Shown here piece after piece: positions 10,315 to 20,618 of a DNA stretch of 64,000 nt. Under the pieces are notes generated by a model. The model saw nothing but the letters and a program-made list of their open reading frames with translations, was not told where the DNA came from and ran no database searches. The position numbers and the translations under genes were made by a program. Source of the DNA: Promethearchaeota archaeon (lineage in GTDB: Archaea; Asgardarchaeota; Thorarchaeia; Thorarchaeales; Thorarchaeaceae); contig WJMJ01000131.1 in the NCBI GenBank assembly GCA_014728035.1, positions 96,001 through 160,000 of the forward strand, given 5' to 3'. Numbering within the stretch: position 1 is the first letter of the stretch; the number at the start of each line of letters is the position of its first letter.

Positions 10315-11958
10315 TTAGTTCACCGGATTTGGAATCATATTTCCTGGATTGATAATCCAATTTGGATCTAAAGCACGTTTTACTTCCTGCATCTCCTGAA
10401 TTCCTTTTTGACCATACATGACGGTCAGAAAATCGCGTTTTAGTTTACCTATTCCATGTTCTGCTGCTACAGTACCACCAAGTTCAACTGCACGTTTTGC
10501 AAAGATCATATAGTTATCCATGCCCTGTTTTACTTCTTCATTGTTACGAGGAATCATATTGACATGAACATGATTATCACCTATGTGACCGAAGATGACA
10601 TATTCCATTCCTTGTTCCTCGAGTATATCCCGATAGTATTTCAAATATTCACGAAATGCCTTATCCGGAACTGCCATGTCAGTGCCGATTTTGTGAACCT
10701 CATGATATTTCTGTTTTCGAGATGCAATGAGACCATTTACCGTTTCAGGGACAAAATGTCGAACAGTCTTCATCTTTTCCAATTCGGAACGATCCAGCCC
10801 AGCCCAGCTTGACTCTGATGATGAGTTGTGCTTATTCAATATCATCTCAAGACCCATGATTTTTTCCTCCATTGTTTCTTCAGTATATGCAAACTCGAAG
10901 AATACAATTGCCTGAGTGTCATCTGATAAAGCGGGTATCCTGATACCAGCAGAACTAGCCTTTTCACGAATCATCTTCAAAGCATTCGGACCAAAATATT
11001 CAAGAAAGTCCATCTGAACAGGAGTGTCTTCAGCTCGAATATCATACACAAATCCTACCGCATCGTCTTCACTAGGGAAGAATGCCATGACGGTCATGAT
11101 GTTTTCAGGAAGTGCAACAAGTCCTAATTCAACCATAGTAATTACACCAAGAATTCCTTCAGAACCAATAAATAGGTCAATCAAGTCCATATCGGGTTTA
11201 GCAAAGATACCAGCTGCATTCTTTGTTTCAGGCATTTGGTAAGAGGGAATTTGAATTTCAACAACCGAGCCATCTGAGTGGACAATTTCGAATTTGCCAT
11301 TCTTGGCTTTGCATTTTCCACGTTCGATATCCAATATGTCACCATTAGCTAGAACTACTCGAATTCGGTACACCCAATCCCTAACAGCTCCATAGTGGAA
11401 TGTACGTGCACCTGAAGCATTACAGGCAGTGATGCCTCCAATCCACGCACTCATCTCAGTAGGATCGACGGGGAATGTCATATCGACTGATTCCGCTAAA
11501 AATCGTTCAAGAGCTGCTTGATGCTCACCAGATTCTTTATCCTTCAAAGAATCCAAGTTCTTCTTGCTCACAGCATCAACCAAGTCTTCAAGCAAAACGC
11601 CGGACTCGGCTGCAATGGAATATCTATCTTCAGCCTCCGAGTAATTCATGTAAAGGAGGTCGTTCATTCTCTCAAGATTAAGAGCTATCCCACCCAAGGG
11701 AACTGCAGCTCCAGTAAGTCCAGTACGACCACCTTGAATTGTGACTGCCGTGCCGTTTTGATGAGCTTCCTTCAAAATAGAAGCAACTTGAGCTTCAGTA
11801 GAAGGGAATAGCAATTTTTCTGCTTTCCCATCAAACGAATGACTCTCATCATCCAAATATAGTGCATAGGTATCCATAATCTCAGCCTGATCTTCTATCA
11901 CTTTGACTTCTGATAAGTCAGCAGATTCAGGGGAAATAGCTTCAATTCGATTTGTCAT
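10315..11958 (-). CDS. FAD-binding oxidoreductase, GlcD / D-lactate dehydrogenase family
   Basis: GGRTGLTGAAVP, IGSEGILGVIT, FGHIGDNHVHVN, AEHGIGKLK and LDPNWIINPG motifs. Confidence 0.9.
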   Translation of the reverse strand: MTNRIEAISPESADLSEVKVIEDQAEIMDTYALYLDDESHSFDGKAEKLLFPSTEAQVASILKEAHQNGTAVTIQGGRTGLTGAAVPLGGIALNLERMNDLLYMNYSEAEDRYSIAAESGVLLEDLVDAVSKKNLDSLKDKESGEHQAALERFLAESVDMTFPVDPTEMSAWIGGITACNASGARTFHYGAVRDWVYRIRVVLANGDILDIERGKCKAKNGKFEIVHSDGSVVEIQIPSYQMPETKNAAGIFAKPDMDLIDLFIGSEGILGVITMVELGLVALPENIMTVMAFFPSEDDAVGFVYDIRAEDTPVQMDFLEYFGPNALKMIREKASSAGIRIPALSDDTQAIVFFEFAYTEETMEEKIMGLEMILNKHNSSSESSWAGLDRSELEKMKTVRHFVPETVNGLIASRKQKYHEVHKIGTDMAVPDKAFREYLKYYRDILEEQGMEYVIFGHIGDNHVHVNMIPRNNEEVKQGMDNYMIFAKRAVELGGTVAAEHGIGKLKRDFLTVMYGQKGIQEMQEVKRALDPNWIINPGNMIPNPVN

Positions 11959-12115
11959 TGTCCAATACTCCAGAACGACTTTGCATACAGAGTAGGTTCT
12001 GAATATCAAAGTTACCAAATACCTAAGAAAGTCAACGGTAGTGTTATCAATAGGATAGGATGCACGATATAGTACATTGATTGAATTATACAGAATCCAG
12101 TAGAAGGAATAAAAG

Positions 12116-13018
12116 ATGAGAATAGCAGCAGTTTCCGACATTCATGTGGCTTCAGATGGGAGCGATGAAAAGCTACTAGAGGAAATTCGGAAAAGAATAG
12201 AGGATTTGAGCCCAGACGTTTTCATTCTCGCTGGAGATGTGAGTGACAATATAGAGATTCTTTCTCATACATTATCGTCCTTGAAAGTGAATGACTGTGC
12301 TAGTCTATATGTCCCAGGCAATCATGATATTTGGTTTGAAAAAGAAAAAGGATTAAGCTCTCTAGAGAAGTATAGTGAAGTAATTGGAGCGGTCTGTAAC
12401 AAGACGGGATTTGTCTTTTTGCCTGACGAACCAACCATCTTTTCAAACATCGCATTTGTAGGGAGTATTGGATGGTATGATTACTCATTTCAAAGTGACG
12501 AATTTGATATTCCCGAAGAGTGTTTTGAAAATAAAGAGTTTAAGGGAAACATATGGTATGACGTGTTCAGTGTTGATTGGGAATTTTCAGATCAAGAGGC
12601 AACAGACCTGTTTAATCAAAAGCTACAATACGACTTGTCAACATTTCCACAAGATATTGAAAAAGTCGTGTATGTATCACATCATTTACCTTTTCGAGAG
12701 ATGACGCTCTACAAGCATTTTTTGCCATGGGATTTCTTCTCAGCTTTCATGGGATCAAGCTCGACAGGGAAGATTCTACTTGATGACGATAGAGTTGTTT
12801 TAGCAATCGCAGGCCATAGTCATATCAGAAAAATAACAAGAATTGGTGACATCACAGCGATGACTGTGCCTATTGGATATGGACGTCCTGAAGATAATGA
12901 TTGCAAGTCATTTGTAGAATCAGCTATAGCATTCATAGAAATCGGAGAAGAAGTAGAAATTCTAAAGTTTGTAGAGGGCGATATCTGTGAAGGGCTGCCT
13001 TATCTAAGTTTCAGATAA
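12116..13018 (+). CDS. Calcineurin-like metallophosphoesterase
   Basis: SDIH, AGDVSD, GNHD, HH and GHSH motifs. Confidence 0.9.
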   Translation: MRIAAVSDIHVASDGSDEKLLEEIRKRIEDLSPDVFILAGDVSDNIEILSHTLSSLKVNDCASLYVPGNHDIWFEKEKGLSSLEKYSEVIGAVCNKTGFVFLPDEPTIFSNIAFVGSIGWYDYSFQSDEFDIPEECFENKEFKGNIWYDVFSVDWEFSDQEATDLFNQKLQYDLSTFPQDIEKVVYVSHHLPFREMTLYKHFLPWDFFSAFMGSSSTGKILLDDDRVVLAIAGHSHIRKITRIGDITAMTVPIGYGRPEDNDCKSFVESAIAFIEIGEEVEILKFVEGDICEGLPYLSFR

Positions 13019-13124
13019 TATGCAGATTGAAATGCGAAGGATTAATGAGGAGGAACAATAACTAATTGGAACTTACAGGAAGAGTGTAGATTTGAAAAAT
13101 AGATAGATATGGGGACATGAAAGA

Positions 13125-14432
13125 ATGGATGCATTGGGAACAGCAATTCTAATAGTCTTTGTTGGAACATACTTGGTTATTTCCACAGAGAAAGTAAATC
13201 GCACCGGAATGTCACTATTAGGAATGGCAATTGCGGGTATTGTGTTGTGGATTGCTGCGATTATGGAAATCCCAGGTGGTACTGACTTTGCACACTATGC
13301 AGAACAAATAGAATGGAGCACCATACTATTTGTATTGAGTATGATGATCATTGTAGGTGTGGCAGGAGCTTCGGGTATGTTCCAATATATTGCACTAACA
13401 CTGTCAAGACCTAGTGGAGGAGATCACAAACAGCTGTTCATCACATTTTTGGTATTTGTTTTTGGTATATCACTCTTTTTCGATACTGTTTCCACAATGC
13501 TGATTATGGCACCATTAACGATTGAAGTCTGTAAGGCACTTGATATCGATTTCAAACCTTTTCTCATTTGTGAGTCTATCACGTGTAATTTCGCTTCAAT
13601 TCCCTCGATTGTAGGTGCAGTTCCCAACCTTGTTATTGCTCAAGCAACGAATCTGAATGCTGGATTCCTTTTCATCTGCTTTCTTCCACTATCAATCATT
13701 CTTTTTCTTGTAACACTTCCATTATTTCTCAAATGGTATAAGGACTCATTCGGAGTGACCGAAAAATACAGGGTTGAAGCAGTATTTGATATAGACCCAA
13801 CAGTGATGATCAAGTCGCGACGTGATTTTTATGCTGCAGTAATAGCAATTGGAGTCTTAGTAGTTGGATTCTCACTAGGACCTACCTTCGGATTAGAACC
13901 ACCATTGATTGCCTTGGGGATAGCTGCATTCATGCTTCTTTTATCGCATGAGAGAGCAAATGAGTTTTTGAGCAAAGTTGGATGGGATACTGTATTCTTT
14001 TTAGTTGGTCTCTTTGGATTAGTTGTGGCTTTAGAATTAACTGGTCTGATTCACGAGCTAGGTATTGCTATTGAAAACTTCATAGGTGATGACGCAGCGG
14101 TAGCAACAATTTTCATGGTTTGGATTCCCGCTATGTTATCAGCATTTCTAGATAATCTTCCAGTGTCAGCTGTTCTATCACCAATAGCACTTCAATTTGC
14201 ATCTGTTAGTCCAATGATACCATTAGCTCTAGTTTTTGCTGTGAACATTGGAGGGTATATTTTTACTCCACTCGGCTCACCAGCAAATATGATAGCTATC
14301 GGGTATTCTGAAGCTGAGCATGATGGGATTTCTTTTGCTGAGTTTGTTAAACTAGGAACCATTGCAGGGATTATACATCTTACAATTGGTTCGCTTTGGC
14401 TACTGGGAATCGGGGTTATACTAGGAGTATAG
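13125..14432 (+). CDS. ArsB/NhaD/CitM (ion transporter superfamily) permease
   Basis: About 12 TM helices, with SAFLDNLP, NIGG..TPLGSPANM and IVGAVPNLVI motifs. Confidence 0.85.
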   Translation: MDALGTAILIVFVGTYLVISTEKVNRTGMSLLGMAIAGIVLWIAAIMEIPGGTDFAHYAEQIEWSTILFVLSMMIIVGVAGASGMFQYIALTLSRPSGGDHKQLFITFLVFVFGISLFFDTVSTMLIMAPLTIEVCKALDIDFKPFLICESITCNFASIPSIVGAVPNLVIAQATNLNAGFLFICFLPLSIILFLVTLPLFLKWYKDSFGVTEKYRVEAVFDIDPTVMIKSRRDFYAAVIAIGVLVVGFSLGPTFGLEPPLIALGIAAFMLLLSHERANEFLSKVGWDTVFFLVGLFGLVVALELTGLIHELGIAIENFIGDDAAVATIFMVWIPAMLSAFLDNLPVSAVLSPIALQFASVSPMIPLALVFAVNIGGYIFTPLGSPANMIAIGYSEAEHDGISFAEFVKLGTIAGIIHLTIGSLWLLGIGVILGV

Positions 14433-14446
14433 AAGAAACAATTTAA

Positions 14447-14513
14447 GTGGCGCCCTGTCCCGTGCATGCCGTTGCCGCCGGGAGGACGAACAACTACGGA
14501 GACTAGACGCCAT
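14447..14513. ncRNA. Candidate small GC-rich structured ncRNA
   Basis: 67 nt at 66% GC in AT-rich intergenic DNA. Nested stems GTGGCG/CGCCAT, GTCCCGT/ACGGAGAC and GTTG/CAAC, with a GGGA tetraloop. Confidence 0.5.
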
Positions 14514-14681
14514 TATTAAATACACATTCTTTCTTTAATTATGTTACGTATTGTGACTTTCTATTACTAATTTGTTAAACTAATAGCCCCCAATTTTGAG
14601 TAAAGAAAAAGGTTGCCTGTGATAGACCAAGATGTTTTTCAACACGTTAAAAGTGAATGTACATACGGATTGTGTTCATCT

Positions 14682-15179
14682 ATGCCAAAACGGACAAGAT
14701 GCCCTCATTGTGACAGACTTTTCAGAAGAGACCAGATCGATGAACACATTCTGAAATGTCGATATCGCGAACGAGAGAAACGTGCTAGGAAACGAGTTGT
14801 AAGAAGAAAAAAAGTAGTAATCGATGGAAATAATTTGGCATACTATTTATCTCCTAACGGACTTCCAAGATGCTCGAATTTAGTCAAAGCTCGAAACAGC
14901 CTGATCAATGCAGGATATAGACCTGTGATTATAGTATCTGCTGCGTTGAAACACAAAATAGACAACACAGAAACACTACGAGCAATGATTAGAAATGGAC
15001 AGGTAATCGAGGCAAGAAGAGGCACCAGTGACGACCTAGCCATTATCAACTATGCTCAAAAGTACAATACAGATATAGTATCTAATGATAGATTTCTTGA
15101 TTGGCTTGATAGATACCCATGGCTGCCTGATCGTCTGAAGAAATACCGTATGACTCCCTCAGGTCTCATTCTCATCTGA
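14682..15179 (+). CDS. NYN/PIN ribonuclease (Zc3h12a/Regnase-like) with N-terminal C2HC zinc finger
   Basis: VVIDGNNLAY...DDLAII.YA...IVSNDRF.DW acidic motifs. Finger is CPHC-x11-H-x3-C. Confidence 0.8.
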   Translation: MPKRTRCPHCDRLFRRDQIDEHILKCRYREREKRARKRVVRRKKVVIDGNNLAYYLSPNGLPRCSNLVKARNSLINAGYRPVIIVSAALKHKIDNTETLRAMIRNGQVIEARRGTSDDLAIINYAQKYNTDIVSNDRFLDWLDRYPWLPDRLKKYRMTPSGLILI

Positions 15180-15266
15180 GAAAGAACTTCAGTATTGTAC
15201 TCTTCGAAAGCATTAAAATTACTAATGAAAATCATTCTTGAAAAGGCCTAGCGGTAAGGGAAGAAA

Positions 15267-17051
15267 ATGAAGACTAAAGAATTACGACAGAAATATCTTG
15301 ACTTTTTCAAAGAAAAAGACCACAAAGTCATAGGCTCAGCATCATTGATGCCTGAAAACGACCCTACAGTACTCTTCACCACCGCAGGAATGCATCCACT
15401 TGTACCGTTCTTACTAGGACAAAGACACCCGCAAGGAAAACGATTAGTAGATGTACAGAAGTGTATTCGAACTACAGATATCGATGAGGTGGGAGATACA
15501 ACACATCTAACATTCTTTGAGATGCTGGGAAATTGGAGTCTTGGAGATTACTGGAAAGAAGAAGCTATAACATGGAGTTACGAGTTCCTTACCTCAAAAA
15601 AATGGTTGGGAATAGACCCTGAAAGCCTCTCTATAACAGTTTTTGAAGGTGATGATGATGCTCCACGCGATGAAGAATCGGTAGAGGTCTGGAAGAAGGT
15701 GGGAATTCCTGAAGATAGAATCTATTATCTTCCGAAGAAAGACAATTGGTGGGGGCCAGCAGGCCAGACTGGTCCATGTGGACCTTGCACAGAAATGTTC
15801 ATTGAAATAAAGGGAATTCCAAAATGTAGTTCTGACTGTCAACCTGGTTGCAACTGTGGACATTTTGTGGAAATTTGGAATGATGTCTTCATGGAGTATA
15901 ACAAACAAGAGGATGGTACATATATCCAACTCAAACAAAAGAATGTTGACACAGGAATGGGAGTGGAAAGAACCGCAGCTATTCTACAAGGCGTTCCAAC
16001 CGTATATGATACAGATTTGTTTGTACCCCTAATAGACAAGGTCCGAGAATATATAGAAAAAGAGGATGAAACAGAACAAGACATCAGATACATCCGGATA
16101 ATTGTAGACCATGTAAAATCAGCAGTAATGATCATGTCGGATGATAGAAAAATATCTCCTTCCAATGTTGAACACGGGTACATTGTTCGACGTTTGCTTA
16201 GGAAAGCAATCCTAGGTTTAGACAAACTCGGAATAGAGAAGAACATAATGAAAGAGCTCGCCGAGATTGTTATTGATATGTACAAAGGCATCTATGAGGA
16301 AGTAGAACGAAATCGTGAATTTGTGATGGATAATTTAGAGCGTGAAGAGAAAAAGTTCAGACGAACATTGAGAAAGGCACTCAGAAAATTCAATCGTATA
16401 TATGATAAGAAGGGAAAAATCACTGGAGAAGATGCATTTCTACTATTCACTAGTTTTGGATTGCCGATTGAGATGACAAAAGACCTTGCAGAAGAGAGAG
16501 GATTCAGAATCGACATGAAGACGTTTCGAGAAGAATTCGAGCAACATCGAGATATTTCAAGAAGTGGAAGCGATAAGAAGTTTAAAGGAGGTCTCGCAGA
16601 TCATAGTGAGATTATTACCAAGCTGCATACTGCAACTCATCTTTTGCAGGCTGCTTTGCGAAAAATATTAGGGGAAACTGTAAAGCAAAAAGGAAGCAAT
16701 ATCACCAAAGATCGTCTGAGATTTGATTTCACGTTTCAGAGAAAACTCACAAAAGAAGAATTAGAACAGGTTGAGCAATTAGTAAACGAGGTCATTGAAA
16801 AAGACTTGAAAGTGACTCAGGAGTTCATGTCAATCGAGGAGGCTGAGGAAAGGGGAGCACTTGCATTCTTCACCGAAACCTATGGTGATGAGGTGTCGGT
16901 CTATTCGGTTGGTGACTTCAGCAAAGAAGTCTGTGGTGGGCCACATGTTGAACACACGGGAGTATTGGAACATTTCAGAATCAAAAAACAAGAAAATATT
17001 GGTGCGGGATTGGTAAGAATTCGAGCTATTGTAGAATCAAAATCATCGTAA
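15267..17051 (+). CDS. alaS: Alanine--tRNA ligase, short bacterial-type form lacking the C-Ala domain
   Basis: DPTVLFTTAGM, QKCIRT.D, HLTFFEMLGNWS.GDY, EIWNDVFM and VDTGMG.ER motifs. Editing motifs HTATH and CGGPH. Confidence 0.97.
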   Translation: MKTKELRQKYLDFFKEKDHKVIGSASLMPENDPTVLFTTAGMHPLVPFLLGQRHPQGKRLVDVQKCIRTTDIDEVGDTTHLTFFEMLGNWSLGDYWKEEAITWSYEFLTSKKWLGIDPESLSITVFEGDDDAPRDEESVEVWKKVGIPEDRIYYLPKKDNWWGPAGQTGPCGPCTEMFIEIKGIPKCSSDCQPGCNCGHFVEIWNDVFMEYNKQEDGTYIQLKQKNVDTGMGVERTAAILQGVPTVYDTDLFVPLIDKVREYIEKEDETEQDIRYIRIIVDHVKSAVMIMSDDRKISPSNVEHGYIVRRLLRKAILGLDKLGIEKNIMKELAEIVIDMYKGIYEEVERNREFVMDNLEREEKKFRRTLRKALRKFNRIYDKKGKITGEDAFLLFTSFGLPIEMTKDLAEERGFRIDMKTFREEFEQHRDISRSGSDKKFKGGLADHSEIITKLHTATHLLQAALRKILGETVKQKGSNITKDRLRFDFTFQRKLTKEELEQVEQLVNEVIEKDLKVTQEFMSIEEAEERGALAFFTETYGDEVSVYSVGDFSKEVCGGPHVEHTGVLEHFRIKKQENIGAGLVRIRAIVESKSS

Positions 17052-17080
17052 TCAATAGAGTATCGGTGAGAGATGAATCT

Positions 17081-17959
17081 CTATGATAGTGTATTGTATG
17101 CCTCAAAGAAACTACTAGGTCCGTCAACAATGGTCTGGACCAATGTAGCACGCCCAAGTTCCTTATCGATGCGTTCGGCCATATGTGCTCCAGTGATATA
17201 CCAGAGGCGTTTATCACGTCCACTCATGACCTCTAGAATCTCGAAGTCCTCTTCTTCAAGTTCTCTGTTCTGTGTGTTTGCGAGCTTTTCATAGATTTCA
17301 AAAAATTCACTAATTCGTTTTAAACGAGTTTTAGAGTCAAAGAGGGCCTGATAGTCCTCATGCTCCATTCCTTTTTGCTCAAGACGCAATTCTAAGGGAG
17401 CATATACTGCAAGTCCTTCAAGATGAGTTGCATACTGTATGACTGCAATCAGGTCAGATATTCGCTTCAAATCATGAATTGAAAATATAGGATTGTGTAA
17501 GGTGAATCCAACATGATGTAGTTCATGCATGGACATAAACAGGAGTTCTCGGTGATCCTGTTGGAAAAAACTATGACCGAGATTAATTAGTGCTGAATCT
17601 TCCGAAACAATTCCGATATCATAACCAAAATTGGCGTAAAGATGGAATGTGGATGAATTCATTGATGGAAGATAGTGCATTAAAGATTTGAACATGCTTT
17701 GAAATGCATCTTTTCGTGTTTCAATATAATTAACACATTCTCTAATTGCGTGAACTACCGTTTCATCATCTATATGACGATTCAAGATATCAGTCCAGAA
17801 TTTCCGAATATCGCTATCAGTGTTCCCAAACCGTTTTGCATGCGAATAGGTAAGTCTTGCAGCAGGATGGGCTATAATCGATTCAATAGCCATCGAAGAG
17901 GAGAGACTCTCGATCACTAATTCAGCGAAAGAGAGGTCTATTTCGATGCTGGAACTCAT
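17081..17959 (-). CDS. Putative Zn-dependent peptidase (gluzincin-like)
   Basis: HELHH plus downstream LEGLA and a late WYITG motif. Confidence 0.7.
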   Translation of the reverse strand: MSSSIEIDLSFAELVIESLSSSMAIESIIAHPAARLTYSHAKRFGNTDSDIRKFWTDILNRHIDDETVVHAIRECVNYIETRKDAFQSMFKSLMHYLPSMNSSTFHLYANFGYDIGIVSEDSALINLGHSFFQQDHRELLFMSMHELHHVGFTLHNPIFSIHDLKRISDLIAVIQYATHLEGLAVYAPLELRLEQKGMEHEDYQALFDSKTRLKRISEFFEIYEKLANTQNRELEEEDFEILEVMSGRDKRLWYITGAHMAERIDKELGRATLVQTIVDGPSSFFEAYNTLS

Positions 17960-17973
17960 AAAGATTCACAAAC

Positions 17974-18723
17974 CTATTGATAACCGGGAATACCGTGGAT
18001 AAGAATGTAATCTTTTGCCAAAGAGCCTGCTTTTATTGCTTCGTCACGGCACAAATGAACTCTGCGAGAGGTTTCTGGTAATTCGTCATGTGTGGCTTCA
18101 ATTATTGCAATATCCGCATCGCGCACACCAGTTTCAAGGGATTCGCAATATCTAGTATCACCACTATATGCTACAATAGTCTGCCCAATGCGAATTCTAT
18201 ATCCTAATGCAGGCATGAAAATATCATCTTCAGTAACGTTCTCAAGACCATAATGCTTTACTTCAAAAGCTCTTGTCTTGAAAAAATCGGTATCGAATCC
18301 TGAGCCATCAAAGAGTTCATGAAACCACAAATCAAAAGGCAATGACTCTCTATAATTAGAACGGAAAAAAGAAACAATTTCTTCTACTTCTTTACAACCT
18401 TTTGGGATGAGAATATTTAATGGGAGAGACCTTCCCATCATCCGCATGTATCCCAACAACGTATAGAGACCGCCCATATGATCGAAATGCCCATGACTAA
18501 TAGCGATGACATCAACCTCGTTAACTATCTTATCGCCATATAGATCTAGAAGATCTCTAGTAGATCCATCTCCAACATCAAGAAGCATCATCTTTCCAGT
18601 AAATTTCGAGTATAACACGACAGTGTTGCTAATTCCAGCAGCACTATATGGAATTATAACTTTTACTTCATCATTTTCCCATTCCGACTTGATAGCAGGT
18701 TCGTTCTTCGTCATGATTATCAC
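17974..18723 (-). CDS. Metallo-beta-lactamase-fold hydrolase, RNase Z-like
   Basis: LLDVGDG, SHGHFDHMGG, YSGDT, IEAT and H motifs. Confidence 0.85.
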   Translation of the reverse strand: MIIMTKNEPAIKSEWENDEVKVIIPYSAAGISNTVVLYSKFTGKMMLLDVGDGSTRDLLDLYGDKIVNEVDVIAISHGHFDHMGGLYTLLGYMRMMGRSLPLNILIPKGCKEVEEIVSFFRSNYRESLPFDLWFHELFDGSGFDTDFFKTRAFEVKHYGLENVTEDDIFMPALGYRIRIGQTIVAYSGDTRYCESLETGVRDADIAIIEATHDELPETSRRVHLCRDEAIKAGSLAKDYILIHGIPGYQ

Positions 18724-18834
18724 ATTGTAAGTGGAATATAACTCGTTGAATTGAAAGGAGTATCAAGAAAAGAAGAGGCATAAGGTAACAAAAACGTGTC
18801 GAATGCCACGTAATTATTACCTATGCAGAAGGGA

Positions 18835-20094
18835 TTATTCATAACCAAGTTCTGGAATTCTTGCAAGCCAGTTCATGAAGTATCCAATTAGTACGGATAT
18901 AACAAGTCCAGCTGTAGTAGTTAGAAGTACGTCAACCCAAGAAGGAGTTGCGCCGCCGAAGATTTGCATCCAGCTCCAATACGAAGAAGCCAAGGTCAAT
19001 CCTGAAAATGCAACTTTCTTAAGTGGGACTTTGACAGTTTTGGTCTGAAATACACCCATATCAGTAAGAGCTGCAGCCAAAGCACCGCCCTTGTCAGGTT
19101 TTAGCTTCAATGCTTTCGAAAACTTACCCACTGGCACTTTGGATTTTGGTTTTACAACGCGAAGTGCTTTTGGTGCATATTCAGCAATATCTTCTGAGAA
19201 GTATTGCACAGCATCTTGTTTTCCAATATGGCATTTTGAGCATTCCATTGCATCGGACTTCCACTTTTTACCACACTTTGGGCAACGTTTCCCATCCCAT
19301 GCAGATTTTGCTGCACTGCTAACTCTTGATACAAGTTCGTCCTTACTGATTTTATCCGCATCTTTCTTTGGCTTCCGCCGAAGTATTACTGCCTTTGGAA
19401 ATATTCCAACATCAGATGCAGTGTCTGCACCTCTAATTTTTCGTGCTGCGAGTATTCCTTGCTGGAAATCATCAAGTGCCAACAGCAATGAGAAAACAGA
19501 CATGACTGTAAACCCGACTGTAATCATACCAGCAACAGATGTGATGGCACCGATTCCGGTTTCACCAACATACAAAACAACACTATCCTGAATTGTCTTG
19601 TTTGTATCGGATACTGTTGATTCAGTGAAATTAGCAGTCGCATAGGTAATCAAGATGGTTCCAACTACGGTTCCACTGATGAGATTAACTCCACCCCCAG
19701 CTAGGCTACTAAGGGGAAAACTGAAGTTGAAAACATTTCCAGATGCAGAAGATGGTAGAATCTGCGACACATTTTCTTTTTGGTTGACAATCGGAATTGC
19801 CAGATATTCGACTAGGAATTCCATCGAATAAAACATAACATCTTCCAGTGGATCAATAGTAAGACTAAGAGATATGTTTTCAGACGGGCTCACTGGAATT
19901 GGATTTTCACTATTGGAGTCAGCTGCTGAAACCCCATTAGCAGTAAAGAGAAAAGCGAAGTTCTCATCACCACTCCACCCTGCAGGTGGTTGTGCAAAAA
20001 TGGGAGTAATAGAAGCTGAACAAAGAACACAAGTAATTGAGAGTACAAGTAGCAAATTAACGGTCTTCCACTGCAAACAATCGGACCTCCTCAA
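18835..20094 (-). CDS. Hypothetical membrane protein with extracellular domain and cytosolic Zn ribbon
   Basis: Signal peptide, TM, CPKC...CSKC and two C-terminal TMs. Start uncertain. Confidence 0.6.
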   Translation of the reverse strand: MRRSDCLQWKTVNLLLVLSITCVLCSASITPIFAQPPAGWSGDENFAFLFTANGVSAADSNSENPIPVSPSENISLSLTIDPLEDVMFYSMEFLVEYLAIPIVNQKENVSQILPSSASGNVFNFSFPLSSLAGGGVNLISGTVVGTILITYATANFTESTVSDTNKTIQDSVVLYVGETGIGAITSVAGMITVGFTVMSVFSLLLALDDFQQGILAARKIRGADTASDVGIFPKAVILRRKPKKDADKISKDELVSRVSSAAKSAWDGKRCPKCGKKWKSDAMECSKCHIGKQDAVQYFSEDIAEYAPKALRVVKPKSKVPVGKFSKALKLKPDKGGALAAALTDMGVFQTKTVKVPLKKVAFSGLTLASSYWSWMQIFGGATPSWVDVLLTTTAGLVISVLIGYFMNWLARIPELGYE

Positions 20095-20139
20095 AGAGAT
20101 TGGCTAAGTAGTACATCTAATGATTTAACACTTTGGAGC

Positions 20140-20508
20140 TTAAGTGTCTGCATCGAGTAATTTCCGAATTTGCTGCTCAAATAACTCGTCATCTTCTTCA
20201 AGATCAAAAATCACTCGTCTATTAGGTGTGTTTTTTTCGGTTGGTGCCCAATTTATTACGACTCCAAAAAAAGAGCCACCAAACGCTGAAAGGAGTGCAA
20301 TAATTAGGTCATAAGGGCCAAGTGAAACAAAAATGTAGGTCAAAATATAAGCCATAACTCCAGCAAACATAGTAAAAACAAATAGGTATATCAACCGATT
20401 CAATAGACGAAACTTCTTTTTACTTCCTATGACATATCCGATGATAATTCCAAATATAAATCCAATAATTCCAACAAATACGTTAATGGATGAAACTGTT
20501 GCCTGCAT
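20140..20508 (-). CDS. Hypothetical 3-TM protein
   Basis: Three hydrophobic helices and an acidic tail. GGTGA upstream. Confidence 0.6.
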   Translation of the reverse strand: MQATVSSINVFVGIIGFIFGIIIGYVIGSKKKFRLLNRLIYLFVFTMFAGVMAYILTYIFVSLGPYDLIIALLSAFGGSFFGVVINWAPTEKNTPNRRVIFDLEEDDELFEQQIRKLLDADT

Positions 20509-20618
20509 ACAATTATCACCATTTATTCAACATGATGCGTTCTAATACTGTTTGAATAGTACATCAGCAACTAGAAAAAGGTTTACTCCATAACTTCAGA
20601 CATATTGAAGTGAACGAT

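Noticed and set aside
14447-14513. tRNA, SECIS or HDV-like ribozyme
   Set aside because: No cloverleaf or T-arm, no UGA/GA quartet or linked in-frame UGA gene, and the pairings are nested rather than pseudoknotted.
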